From IMG/VR virus record IMGVR_UViG_3300032285_001110: a stretch of DNA of 64,000 nt, one strand, 5' to 3'. Positions 16,066-25,185 of the stretch are shown one piece after another (within the stretch, counting starts at the first letter, position 1; the number at the start of each line of letters is the position of its first letter). Below the pieces are notes generated by a model. That model made no database searches and had not been told where the DNA came from. It was given only the letters and a program-made list of their open reading frames with translations. The translations under genes were made by a program, and so were the position numbers. The stretch comes from an uncultured virus (IMG/VR IMGVR_UViG_3300032285_001110) (taxonomy: Duplodnaviria > Heunggongvirae > Uroviricota > Caudoviricetes).

Positions 16066-16372
16066 GTCGGTCTCGCAATTCTAGGAAATCTGTCTCTAAT
16101 AGAATTACATAGTCCTCACCATTTAGGTGAATTCCAAATACAGGTGTGCGACCATCCATGATGGCTTCGTTGGTAATTTTTTCTAGCTCTGCGGCAGTAA
16201 TAGTCTTTGACTTCTTACCAGTCCATTTATGCTCCACCAGTAAATCCTGGCTACGAACATCCCCTTTACGAGACCAAAAGGCCCCAGAAGCAGCGTTCAC
16301 TTGCCCTCCAATGGCTTTAGCGATACGCTTTTCATGCTTCTGGGACTGCTTCTGACCTTCTGACTTAGCCAA
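16040..16372 (-). CDS. Hjc-like PD-(D/E)XK endonuclease / resolvase
   Basis: HEKRIAK..GG...ASGA...KGDV...LVEHK. Confidence 0.7.
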   Translation of the reverse strand: MAKSEGQKQSQKHEKRIAKAIGGQVNAASGAFWSRKGDVRSQDLLVEHKWTGKKSKTITAAELEKITNEAIMDGRTPVFGIHLNGEDYVILLETDFLELRDRLARTLPEQ

Positions 16373-16574
16373 TAGCCACTTCTTCAGGTCCGCAACAACA
16401 AGACTTTGGTTCTAACTTTAGACCAGCCTTAATTTCTAGGGAGGTTATACGCCTATCTAGTTCGCTAATACGAATGTTTTGACGAGACTCTTCCTGGCGA
16501 GTCCACTCTTCTCGACGAGCATTGTACTCTTTTAGGTAAAGCTTGTCGTTAAACTTTTTCTTACTAATCCACAT
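16365..16574 (-). CDS. Hypothetical protein
   Basis: 69-aa ORF, coupled on both sides. Confidence 0.65.
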   Translation of the reverse strand: MWISKKKFNDKLYLKEYNARREEWTRQEESRQNIRISELDRRITSLEIKAGLKLEPKSCCCGPEEVAIG

Positions 16575-16795
16575 TAGATTCGTGCCACTCCTTTTAGCTT
16601 GTCTTCCATCCAGTCAAGAGCTCCACGGAATCCTTCGCTTTGATTGTTCCAGGACTTCTCTACACTGATGATTCGCAGCAGTTCGATTCGCATTTCTTGA
16701 CGACCCTCTTCACGAAGCTCTTCTCGCTGCTCTTCAATGTACTGCTCGTAGGCCTCATCCTCGATGCGACCGTATTCTTCCTTCATCTTACTCAT
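16574..16795 (-). CDS. Hypothetical acidic protein
   Basis: 73-aa ORF with strong SD AAGGAGG. Confidence 0.7.
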   Translation of the reverse strand: MSKMKEEYGRIEDEAYEQYIEEQREELREEGRQEMRIELLRIISVEKSWNNQSEGFRGALDWMEDKLKGVARI

Positions 16796-17810
16796 CCTCT
16801 TCCTCCTTAAGGAAAGTGATTTGGTTGTCTAAGACCTTCTTGCGAAGCTCTTCAAACAATTCTACATCTTCACGTACGGAATTAGCAAATGCATCTGCAC
16901 CCTGCCACTTACGGTCTGCGTAGTAAATCCATCCACCCTTACGCTCTACAACTTGGTTGATGATAGACATAGCCACAATTTCTTTGGCAACGTCAAACTC
17001 ACCTGGAGTGTAGATACTGTGCTCCTTGAAGTAAAAGTCAACTGCAGCAGTCTGGTATGGTGGGGCACTCTTGTTCTTGGTGGTCTTCATTACAATCTGC
17101 TGACCTACCTTGACTTCGTTATCTCCAGAACCAACCTTAATCCAGTCCTTACGACGGACCTCAGTGATGGTGAAGTAGGCGTAGTCCTTGCCCTTACCAC
17201 CAGGAGTAGTACGAGGGTCTCCGTACATCACACCAATTTGTGAACGCCACTGGTTAATGATAATACCTAGAATTGGACGCTCTGCCTCGGTTAGGCTACG
17301 CTTCATGGCAGCACCAGCCTTGCGGAAGAACTTGTTAGTAAGTAGTGCTCCACGACCTACGGTTGCCTCTTCCATAGTCTTCTCGTCCTCAGTAGAAGGT
17401 ACGAGAGAAGGCAGGGAGTCAACAACAATTGCATCTACAGACTTAGACTCAGCAAATGCTAGTACAGCATCGTAGGCTTCCTCCATGATGTTGGTCTCAA
17501 CCACAATTACACGGGATACATCTACGCCACACATCTCTGCATAGTCTGGAACCCACTGCTCTGCAGCTACCCAAACGGTAGTAAAGTCTGGGTCAATGGC
17601 CTGGTTGGCAGCAATAGTCTTTAGAGCTAGAGCGGTTTTACCATGGCTTGGTTCTCCACGAAGCTCATGCCACTGGTTAGCAGGAAACCCACCACCAAGA
17701 ATGTAGTCGTAGGTTACTGAGCCACTAGTGAAACGGGTAATGAGGTCTGCACGAATGTCCTCACCCATAACCACTACATCTGCACCCATCTTTTTGTTAA
17801 TCTGGGCCAT
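16788..17810 (-). CDS. recA: RecA/UvsX recombinase (true start possibly ATT at 17837)
   Basis: ILGGGFP, Walker A GEPSHGKT, IVVDSL, INQWR and TTPGGKG motifs. Confidence 0.95.
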   Translation of the reverse strand: MAQINKKMGADVVVMGEDIRADLITRFTSGSVTYDYILGGGFPANQWHELRGEPSHGKTALALKTIAANQAIDPDFTTVWVAAEQWVPDYAEMCGVDVSRVIVVETNIMEEAYDAVLAFAESKSVDAIVVDSLPSLVPSTEDEKTMEEATVGRGALLTNKFFRKAGAAMKRSLTEAERPILGIIINQWRSQIGVMYGDPRTTPGGKGKDYAYFTITEVRRKDWIKVGSGDNEVKVGQQIVMKTTKNKSAPPYQTAAVDFYFKEHSIYTPGEFDVAKEIVAMSIINQVVERKGGWIYYADRKWQGADAFANSVREDVELFEELRKKVLDNQITFLKEEEDE

Positions 17811-17829
17811 GATTTTGCGTGCTTCTGGA

Positions 17830-18024
17830 TTAATAATTTTCTACGTCCTTTATATCTTCTAGTAGTACGTCTGCAATTTCGTCTAGTACTGAGCCATCGT
17901 TTTCTCCGTCAGGGAACTGCGATAGGTCGTTTGCCACTGACTTCATAAAGTCTACAGCATGGTAGATGCCATCATTAAACCCGTGGTCATAATGTACCTG
18001 TAGGTCCTTCTTTAGTCCGCTCAT
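17830..18024 (-). CDS. Hypothetical acidic protein
   Basis: 64-aa ORF, TAATG-coupled. Confidence 0.65.
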   Translation of the reverse strand: MSGLKKDLQVHYDHGFNDGIYHAVDFMKSVANDLSQFPDGENDGSVLDEIADVLLEDIKDVENY

Positions 18025-18398
18025 TAAGCTCTACCTATGATTCCTTGTGGGTTGAAGTTGTTGGTTGCGTCATTTCCTCGTGCCGCAGTAGCTGTGCCTT
18101 CAACATTCGCACCAGCGAGACCGCCGTACCTGCTCCCTGACTGCTGAATGGGATAGCCACACTCGAAACACCGTTCAGACGTCTGAGGCGTTGCAGAAAA
18201 GTAATTGCTCGACCCACAGTCAGGACACGTAGCAAGCTTGTTAGCACTCGCCGCCTTGCTTTGCGGTTGCTGTTGAAAGACAGGCATCTGCTGCATTGGC
18301 ACCTGACTAGGAGGTGTTGGAATGTTTAGTGGACGACCCTGCTGTGGTGCAGGTGCCTGGTTACCTAGTTTGCTGGCCCACCAGTCTGCGTTGTTCAT
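18024..18398 (-). CDS. Zinc-ribbon protein with a Pro/Gln-rich N-terminus
   Basis: CPDCGS...CFECGYP. Confidence 0.75.
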   Translation of the reverse strand: MNNADWWASKLGNQAPAPQQGRPLNIPTPPSQVPMQQMPVFQQQPQSKAASANKLATCPDCGSSNYFSATPQTSERCFECGYPIQQSGSRYGGLAGANVEGTATAARGNDATNNFNPQGIIGRA

Positions 18399-18805
18399 CG
18401 CTTATCCTTAGGAATAGTTAGTAGTTCCATATCAATCATTTGAGATACTGCACCAACAAGAACAGAGAAAGCAAACTCTTCCATCATCTTTTTGCTCTGT
18501 ATCCAAATCTCAGAAGAAATATCTTTTAGTTCTTCTGGAGCATTTTCCTTTTGAAAGGTAGTTGTACCTTCAGCAAGAGTTTTAGAGTAGGCGTAGATAA
18601 GTGGAATCAAGTACGATAAACGTTCTACTCGCTTGTCACTCTCTTCTTCTTCTCGTTCGGCTAGTTCGTCGCTGATGTTTGAACATCCCAACATTATGCT
18701 AATTTCGTGAGCATTCTGAATCTGAGAGTCAAGGATGAATCCACGAGTACGGCTAGACATATCTGCCATAGTTAGTGACTGCTTACGCTTTTTACGCTTA
18801 AACAT
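18395..18805 (-). CDS. Hypothetical protein
   Basis: 136-aa ORF coupled to the polymerase stop. Confidence 0.75.
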   Translation of the reverse strand: MFKRKKRKQSLTMADMSSRTRGFILDSQIQNAHEISIMLGCSNISDELAEREEEESDKRVERLSYLIPLIYAYSKTLAEGTTTFQKENAPEELKDISSEIWIQSKKMMEEFAFSVLVGAVSQMIDMELLTIPKDKR

Positions 18806-20808
18806 TACTTAGCTTCACCCCACTTATCAACGACATATACCTCTGCCTTTAGAGGTACACGAATCTCTTTCAACTGGATTCCTTCCATAGATTGTCGAAT
18901 AGAATCTGCTACTATATCAGCATACTCCTCTGGACAAATAGTTACAAGTTCGTCATGTACCGTTAGGATAACATCTACACTTGGCTCGTCAATAAAGCAG
19001 GAGTGAGCACGAACTAGTGCCAACTTCATAATGTCTGCAGCACTTCCCTGAATCATAGTGTTGAATGCCTGACGCTCGGCACGTGCCAGCAATCCTTGCT
19101 CTTTACTCAGTAGGTCTGGGATATAGCGTCTACGACCAAAGATAGTTTCTACATATGGAACTGGGGTGTTGTTTCTAGCCTGGCGTACTACTTTAGCCTT
19201 GTACTTAGCAATAGAAGAAAACTCTTTCTCAAAACGAGTCAGTAGGTCCTTGGCTTCTTTGACAGAACAACCAATAGAAGTAGCAATCTTGTCAGGGCCT
19301 ACACCGTATGAGATGGCTAGTACAAGAACCTTACCTGCCTTGCGGTCAACACCCATGGTGTCACCAATAGTGGTGTAGATGTCTCCGCCAGTTAGGTAGT
19401 TATCAATAAGCACAGGGTCGTTAGAAAACGAAGCAATTACGCGAGGCTCAATCTGCGAGTAGTCAGCTACCACCAGCTTGTGCCCTGGAGGAGCTACAAA
19501 TAGATTACGAACGAGCTTTCCGTATTCACCAGACGAAGGAATGTTCTGAAGATTAGGCTCGCTAGAACTAAAGCGACCAGTCTCAGCACCATGAGATTTA
19601 AAGTTAGTGTGGACACGACCATTAATAAGTAGGGACTTCTTTTCAGTAACAGTCTTCTTACCATTAGTTTCACGTTCAATCATTCCTCCCTTATATGGGG
19701 TTACGTAGGTAGTCATGAGCTTGTTCAAGTCAGTGTATTCCAATAGAGCGTCTACTAGGTCGTCTTTGCCTCGATAAAACTCAAGTGCTTCAGCACCAAC
19801 TGAATAGTGAATCTCACTTAGAGTCATTCCTGCACGCTTGGCGTCTGCACCCTTAGGAGTCAACACACCCTTGAACTTGGTGTTAGGAGTAATGCGGGGC
19901 TTAGTCATTCCCTCTTGCACAGTAAACAGTAACTGCTGCTTTACTTGCACAGAGTTAATTGCAAAAGACTTACCAGCGGCTTTGAATGCTTTTGCCTTGG
20001 CTAGTTCTCGGTCATTGTCAATCTGTTCTGCTAGAACGTCTAGCTGAGCCGTATCAATATAGGCACCAGCAAGTTCCATGTCACACAGAGCGGATAGCAC
20101 ATCCATCTCCAGCTTCCACACACGCTTTAAGTTGCCAGTAATCTTTGAGTTTAACACCTTATAAAGTTCCCAAGTTAACTGAGCATCGATACCTGAGTAG
20201 TTGGCAACATCGCCAAATGAGTGCAGGGCTACGTTTTCTCCTATGCCCTTGGCCATCTCAATTCCAAGTTCACGCTCCACGCAAGCCTTGAGACCTAGCG
20301 AGTTCTTGTTCAGGTTGTTGGTAATCATGGCGGCCATAAGAGTGTCAAAGTGCGGTCCAGTAGGAACCTGTCCACGGTAGTACTTAGCCACAGACTTAAG
20401 GTCAAACTTAGCGTTGTGTGCAATCTTTAATGCTGGACCAAACATAAGCGGCTTGATAGCTGCAAATACCTCTGCAGGAAGTAGCTGTGGAGGAGCTTCG
20501 TCAAACAAGGACTCCCACTTACGCTCGTCTTTAGAGTAATGGCTGTCATTGAGCTCTTTACCCTCAGCTAGTCTTCGTTCTCCTGCTAGAAGCAGTGGCT
20601 TCAAGTAGCCAATAAAATCTCCATTAGGGTGCCCCATAGGGATAACATCAGTGCGTCCCTCGGTAGCAAAAGAAATCCAGCATACGTCATTGATTACTGG
20701 ATATAGTCGGTCTTCACCGATGGTCTCAACGTCCCATGCAAATGCAGGAACGGAGGAATAGTACTTAACAAACTCTGCGAGTTGTTCTTTTGTAGTGATG
20801 ATATTCAT
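18805..20808 (-). CDS. polA: Family A DNA polymerase with 3'-5' exonuclease
   Basis: Exo motifs WDVET, HNAKFD, YSGIDA; TGRFSSSEPNLQNIP; motif A ADYSQIE; motif B RKAGKVLVLAISYG; motif C VHDE. Confidence 0.96.
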   Translation of the reverse strand: MNIITTKEQLAEFVKYYSSVPAFAWDVETIGEDRLYPVINDVCWISFATEGRTDVIPMGHPNGDFIGYLKPLLLAGERRLAEGKELNDSHYSKDERKWESLFDEAPPQLLPAEVFAAIKPLMFGPALKIAHNAKFDLKSVAKYYRGQVPTGPHFDTLMAAMITNNLNKNSLGLKACVERELGIEMAKGIGENVALHSFGDVANYSGIDAQLTWELYKVLNSKITGNLKRVWKLEMDVLSALCDMELAGAYIDTAQLDVLAEQIDNDRELAKAKAFKAAGKSFAINSVQVKQQLLFTVQEGMTKPRITPNTKFKGVLTPKGADAKRAGMTLSEIHYSVGAEALEFYRGKDDLVDALLEYTDLNKLMTTYVTPYKGGMIERETNGKKTVTEKKSLLINGRVHTNFKSHGAETGRFSSSEPNLQNIPSSGEYGKLVRNLFVAPPGHKLVVADYSQIEPRVIASFSNDPVLIDNYLTGGDIYTTIGDTMGVDRKAGKVLVLAISYGVGPDKIATSIGCSVKEAKDLLTRFEKEFSSIAKYKAKVVRQARNNTPVPYVETIFGRRRYIPDLLSKEQGLLARAERQAFNTMIQGSAADIMKLALVRAHSCFIDEPSVDVILTVHDELVTICPEEYADIVADSIRQSMEGIQLKEIRVPLKAEVYVVDKWGEAK

Positions 20809-20816
20809 ATTCGCCT

Positions 20817-20872
20817 CAAAATAGTAAAGCGGGAGACCAGGACAGAAGGGAGGTAAGAACCTGGTCTCCCGC
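20817..20872 (-). terminator. Terminator-like hairpin with an 18-nt pyrimidine-rich loop
   Basis: Perfect 13-bp stem (20829-20841 / 20860-20872), loop UUCUUACCUCCCUUCUGU, tail UUUACUAUUUU. Confidence 0.75.
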
Positions 20873-20883
20873 AGGGTTGGGTA

Positions 20884-21546
20884 CTAGTTTACTAGCGAAC
20901 GGGCTAGGTCAATCAATTCCTCACGAGGCGTTAGAGTAATTGCTGACTCGTCATAGCGTACAGCCGATTCGACTGCATCGTTCACTACATCGGCATCTAG
21001 TTCCCAATCTTCAGCGAGGTCAGTGGCACGTACACGCTCAAGGGTGTACTGAGTGTCACGGCCCATGCCAAGACGCTTGATTTCCCAGAAGTAGCGGCTC
21101 AATGGCCCCTTCTTTGGGTCTTCATGAGCAGACTGGAGTAGTCGTGCCAGAGTTGGAACTGCAACCATAACCTGTACGGTTAGCTCTTCCTCCGAAAGGA
21201 CTAGGACGTTAAATGCGAACTTAGCACGTGGGTGGTCTCCTGCAATGGTGCAAAGAGGGCAGTCAGAACCTAGACATACAAACGAACGACGACCCTCAGT
21301 GCGGTCAATCCAGTGCTCTTCGTATACCTTGAAAGGCTCGTCGTCAAGGAAGCGTACAAGGCTACCCTGCTCAGAGAACTTTAGGAACGAAGCGTACTTG
21401 CTTTCGTTGTTGGTTGCCTTACGCTTCAGGAAAGCATCTGCTGCTGCCCATCCGCCTGCCTGTACGGTGGTACCGTGCTTAGGACGTGCAGATACGCTGT
21501 CCTCTACTAGGTAGTCGTTTGCATTGGTGCTTGGTGAATTAATCAT
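20884..21546 (-). CDS. gp32-like single-stranded DNA-binding protein
   Basis: LVRFL, EHW, FVCLGSDCPLC, FAFNV and KRLGMGRDTQY motifs; sits directly upstream of polA. Confidence 0.75.
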   Translation of the reverse strand: MINSPSTNANDYLVEDSVSARPKHGTTVQAGGWAAADAFLKRKATNNESKYASFLKFSEQGSLVRFLDDEPFKVYEEHWIDRTEGRRSFVCLGSDCPLCTIAGDHPRAKFAFNVLVLSEEELTVQVMVAVPTLARLLQSAHEDPKKGPLSRYFWEIKRLGMGRDTQYTLERVRATDLAEDWELDADVVNDAVESAVRYDESAITLTPREELIDLARSLVN

Positions 21547-21581
21547 TGTGTTATTTTCTTTCGTTGAGGCTTTCGCCTATT

Positions 21582-22079
21582 TTAGTTGGAGGTCTTGCGA
21601 CTCTCATTTTCCACAACTGCTTTCCATCGCTTTACAATAGCTTTGGTTAGCTCGCTGTGTTGGTTCCATTCTACACGACTTGTTCCCAAAAGTCCACGTC
21701 GTGCAAATTCCTCAATAGCAATCTCAATTAGCTCTCGTGTATACACACGATTGCCATTTACCTTTTTGCCGTTGAGACTTTTGGAACGGAGACGATAAGG
21801 AGCTCCAGGGATATACCCTTTCTTCTCCCAAAGACGAATAGTCACAATCTTTTTATCTAGTGCCAAAGCGAGAGCACTGATTGTAAAGACTTCCGTCTCC
21901 TTTCCAAAAAGCGTTTTAATAATTGGGTTTTCATCCCAACCATTAGTTTCCCCAGCAGCTAGCTTACGCTTCTTCTGGGCAACTGGGTTATCGTCACGAC
22001 GCTTTTTCTTAGAACCTGGGACGAAATCTAATCCATCAAAAGCTCTAAGGATATCTTCATCGCTACGCATACCTGGCAT
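21582..22079 (-). CDS. MerR-type HTH DNA-binding protein
   Basis: FTISALALALDKKIVTIRLWEKKGYIP...RVYT. Confidence 0.75.
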   Translation of the reverse strand: MPGMRSDEDILRAFDGLDFVPGSKKKRRDDNPVAQKKRKLAAGETNGWDENPIIKTLFGKETEVFTISALALALDKKIVTIRLWEKKGYIPGAPYRLRSKSLNGKKVNGNRVYTRELIEIAIEEFARRGLLGTSRVEWNQHSELTKAIVKRWKAVVENESRKTSN

Positions 22080-22081
22080 AA

Positions 22082-22525
22082 TTACTTCTTTGAAGTCCTT
22101 AGAGCCCAGGTTACATTACTAGGGAACATGCTGTCAAGTTCCTCTTCGGTAATTTGGTCATTGTAATAAGCAGCCATTAGGGCCTCTTCATTGATTACTC
22201 GCTTCATCTCGTAGATACTGTCGCCAATACCCTTTTCATCAATGATACTTTCAGCAAGCTCTTCATTTAGCTTACGACTGACACGACGCTGCTTCTCGAG
22301 AGAAAGCACACCATCAACTACAGACTCTAGAGGCAGAACAATGTTTCCGTTGGAGTCTTCTTCACCCTGTAGGTCAATAGCCTCCATGAGTACATCACGA
22401 AGTTCTTTGGCTCGCTTGTCTAGCGAATCAATTGCTTGCTTGGCACGTACATACTCTCGTACCTGAGTTAGAAAATCTTCTGGGTCATAGAACTTACGAC
22501 CTTCTTCTGGAGCTACTTGTGCCAT
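22082..22525 (-). CDS. Hypothetical protein (coiled-coil N-terminus)
   Basis: 147-aa ORF. Confidence 0.75.
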   Translation of the reverse strand: MAQVAPEEGRKFYDPEDFLTQVREYVRAKQAIDSLDKRAKELRDVLMEAIDLQGEEDSNGNIVLPLESVVDGVLSLEKQRRVSRKLNEELAESIIDEKGIGDSIYEMKRVINEEALMAAYYNDQITEEELDSMFPSNVTWALRTSKK

Positions 22526-22526
22526 C

Positions 22527-22661
22527 TTACTTCGCCTTCGTTACTAGACGACCCTTTACTGGGTCAAATACTTTTGGACGCTTCTTAAATGCTTTACCGT
22601 TTTGACGGTCTGGCCCTTTTGATACTGGGGCTACTGGCTTGCCGCCTTTTGCTTTTGCCAT
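22527..22661 (-). CDS. 44-aa basic microprotein (not in ORF track)
   Basis: SD AGGAGG, then MAKAKGGKPVAPVSKGPDRQNGKAFKKRPKVFDPVKGRLVTKAK*. Fills the gap exactly. Confidence 0.75.
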   Translation of the reverse strand: MAKAKGGKPVAPVSKGPDRQNGKAFKKRPKVFDPVKGRLVTKAK

Positions 22662-22662
22662 G

Positions 22663-24222
22663 TTATCCTCCTATTACTTTCTGTGTAAGAAACTTTAGCA
22701 GACTTCCTACTGTCATGTCAACTCCGCCTTTATCGTTAATTCCTGTGCCATCAAGAATTGCTCCAGCAATGTTGCTCTTCTGTTTTAGCATATCCCACTG
22801 ACGTTGTTCAATAGAATCTTTTACCAGGATATCTTGTATTGTAATGGTTGACCAGGTACTGGAGGTTCTGTTGATACGACCATTACGTTGCACTGCAAGC
22901 CCTGAGGACCAAGGTTGGTCGTAGTTGAGCAGAAGGTTAGCCTGAGGTAAATCGACACCATAGCCACCAGCATCGCTACTAACCAGAACACGAATGTGAC
23001 TGCGAGTTTGAAACTTAACTTTTGCATCTTCCTTCTTTACTGCGTTCATTTCGCCTGTGTACGCAACTGCCCCATAGCCTTTAGCATTAAGTCTATCGAC
23101 GAGCTCTCCCACAGAGTCAAGGTAGGAGGTGAAAACAACGGCTTTGTAGGTATCATCGATGTCCAGGTGCTCCTCTAGATATTTAACTGCTGCGTCTAGC
23201 TTAGGAGTTTTTGATACTCCATGCAACAGGTCACCTAGGGAATGGATATACGCACTGCCTTTTCCATTGTGCATACTGAAATTTAAAGCACTGAGCTTTA
23301 GTACTTCGGGGCTAGAACACAGCATACGTAATGCCGAAATTCTTGACATTACTTCGCCACGTAGTTCATTGGCTGGGTCATTTGGGTTGTACGCCTGCCC
23401 GTAATGAGCAGCCAGACTAAAGTTACTTCCAAATGTTTCACTAGCTTCGGTTAGTAATACCAATAGGTCTGTGGCTATATGGTTATAAAGTTTTTGTCCA
23501 GCACCATCTAGCTTGATTACAATTGGCTCTCGATACACTGCATCTGGTAGATATGGCTTAACATCATCATCTTGCTGAGATTTACGCACGGCGTATTTCA
23601 TTACAGTGTTATGCAGTGTTGGAAGATTGGTGTATCTTTGTACGCCACCAAAGTGATTACGCACAATAAATGTTTTGTCAAAGATATCAAAACGTCCCAG
23701 AGCCTTGGGCTCTACAAACTGCATGATGGAGTAGATTTCTTCTGGCTTGCCATTCTCTACTGGAGTACCCGTCAGAGCAAATCTAATCGCTACTTTTTTA
23801 CCGAGCTCTTTTACCTTCTTTGCTCGCTTAGCTTTAAAGCCTTTGATAGCGGTAGCTTCATCGCAAACCATGGCATCAAACTCTAAGTTCTTTAGCATTT
23901 CCCAATCGTTGACTACTTGTTCGTAGTTCATGATTACGTAGTCGTAATTGTTTACCTGAGAATACTGCTTATCTCGTTGTGTTTTGTTGCCGTCAATTAC
24001 TAAAGCATTTGAATCGCTAAATTTAGATATTTCTTTTTGCCACTGGTATTTAAGAGATGCCAAACAAAGTACTAGAGTTCTCTTGGGCTTTAGTTGCTCG
24101 ATTGCAGCAATAGTCATAGGTGTTTTACCTAGACCCATTTCATAGGCAACCAAAATAGTTTTTTGGTCCACCATCTTAGTTACTGCTTCAACTTGATACG
24201 GTTTGAGTGTTCCCTTGAACAT
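22663..24222 (-). CDS. SNF2-family superfamily 2 helicase
   Basis: LKPYQ, YEMGLGKT, CDEAT, LTGTPVEN, AGGYGVDL and QRNGRINR motifs. Start placed at MFKGTLKPYQ. Confidence 0.92.
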   Translation of the reverse strand: MFKGTLKPYQVEAVTKMVDQKTILVAYEMGLGKTPMTIAAIEQLKPKRTLVLCLASLKYQWQKEISKFSDSNALVIDGNKTQRDKQYSQVNNYDYVIMNYEQVVNDWEMLKNLEFDAMVCDEATAIKGFKAKRAKKVKELGKKVAIRFALTGTPVENGKPEEIYSIMQFVEPKALGRFDIFDKTFIVRNHFGGVQRYTNLPTLHNTVMKYAVRKSQQDDDVKPYLPDAVYREPIVIKLDGAGQKLYNHIATDLLVLLTEASETFGSNFSLAAHYGQAYNPNDPANELRGEVMSRISALRMLCSSPEVLKLSALNFSMHNGKGSAYIHSLGDLLHGVSKTPKLDAAVKYLEEHLDIDDTYKAVVFTSYLDSVGELVDRLNAKGYGAVAYTGEMNAVKKEDAKVKFQTRSHIRVLVSSDAGGYGVDLPQANLLLNYDQPWSSGLAVQRNGRINRTSSTWSTITIQDILVKDSIEQRQWDMLKQKSNIAGAILDGTGINDKGGVDMTVGSLLKFLTQKVIGG

Positions 24223-25183
24223 AAGCGTTTTCACCTAAGATTGAGGACTTGGCGTTCTGCAATCCCCATTGAATTTCCTCGTAAGTCATTTCTCCAGGGT
24301 CTTTCTTACCACTACTACCATAGTTGAAAAAGAATAGGTTTAGTCCGTATTTGCGACCAAACTCAAGAAGTTCTTTGCTGGCTTTGCGACCAGCGGCATC
24401 GTTATCAAACGCAGCAATAATCTTGTCTGATGCACGAATCAACTTGATTTGAGCCTCGCTTAGTGATGACCCACAAAGGGCGACAGCACCAGTAATTCCC
24501 ATGCTGTGAAGAACCAAACAGTCAAGAGGACTTTCGACCACGATAAGCGTTTCTTCATTTTGATTCTCAATTCCAAATAAAGTCTTAGACCGCTGAAGTC
24601 CAGCAGGTCGATTAAAGAACGTGCGGTTTACTGTGCCCTTTTCTTGCCAACCCATTAAACGGTGGAAGTGGGGGTCACGGATAGGCAGTATCCAGGTAGC
24701 TTTCTTTGGGTCCCACAGGACGCCGTAAGCCTGAGCTGAAGCAAGTGTTAGGTTACGAGATTCTAGGGCTTCCTGAGGGGGCTCAGTAAACACTGCAAGG
24801 CGAGCTTCAGACATCTCTAGGGGCTTTGGAATAGGCTCAGAGTAGGTAGGCAAGGACTGCACCATCTTGAGCAATACCTCTAGTGGAATTTCCGAAACAT
24901 TAGAAATCCAAGCTTGTCCAGCAGCGTAATCTCTGCCGTCTACTTCACCCCAAGTGCTGGTGTAAAACTCGTTTACGTCACAGACTAACTGGATTAAGTT
25001 GCCCTTGTACCCACAGGAAAAACAAATGTGCTGTCCAGTGTCTAGGTTGATAGACCAGGATGGATTGCCATCTGGCTTGCCAGTTCTACGCTCGTGCATG
25101 GGGCAGAGTGCAAGTGCCTCTGCCCCACGCTCCGAGTGGTCAATACCAAGACCTACTAATACTGCAGGTACATCAATCAACAT
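24188..25183 (-). CDS. dnaG: DNA primase (CHC2 zinc finger + TOPRIM)
   Basis: CPMH...CFSC zinc finger; IVVESPLD; FDNDAAG; KDPGE. Confidence 0.88.
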   Translation of the reverse strand: MLIDVPAVLVGLGIDHSERGAEALALCPMHERRTGKPDGNPSWSINLDTGQHICFSCGYKGNLIQLVCDVNEFYTSTWGEVDGRDYAAGQAWISNVSEIPLEVLLKMVQSLPTYSEPIPKPLEMSEARLAVFTEPPQEALESRNLTLASAQAYGVLWDPKKATWILPIRDPHFHRLMGWQEKGTVNRTFFNRPAGLQRSKTLFGIENQNEETLIVVESPLDCLVLHSMGITGAVALCGSSLSEAQIKLIRASDKIIAAFDNDAAGRKASKELLEFGRKYGLNLFFFNYGSSGKKDPGEMTYEEIQWGLQNAKSSILGENAYVQGNTQTVSS

Positions 25184-25185
25184 TT

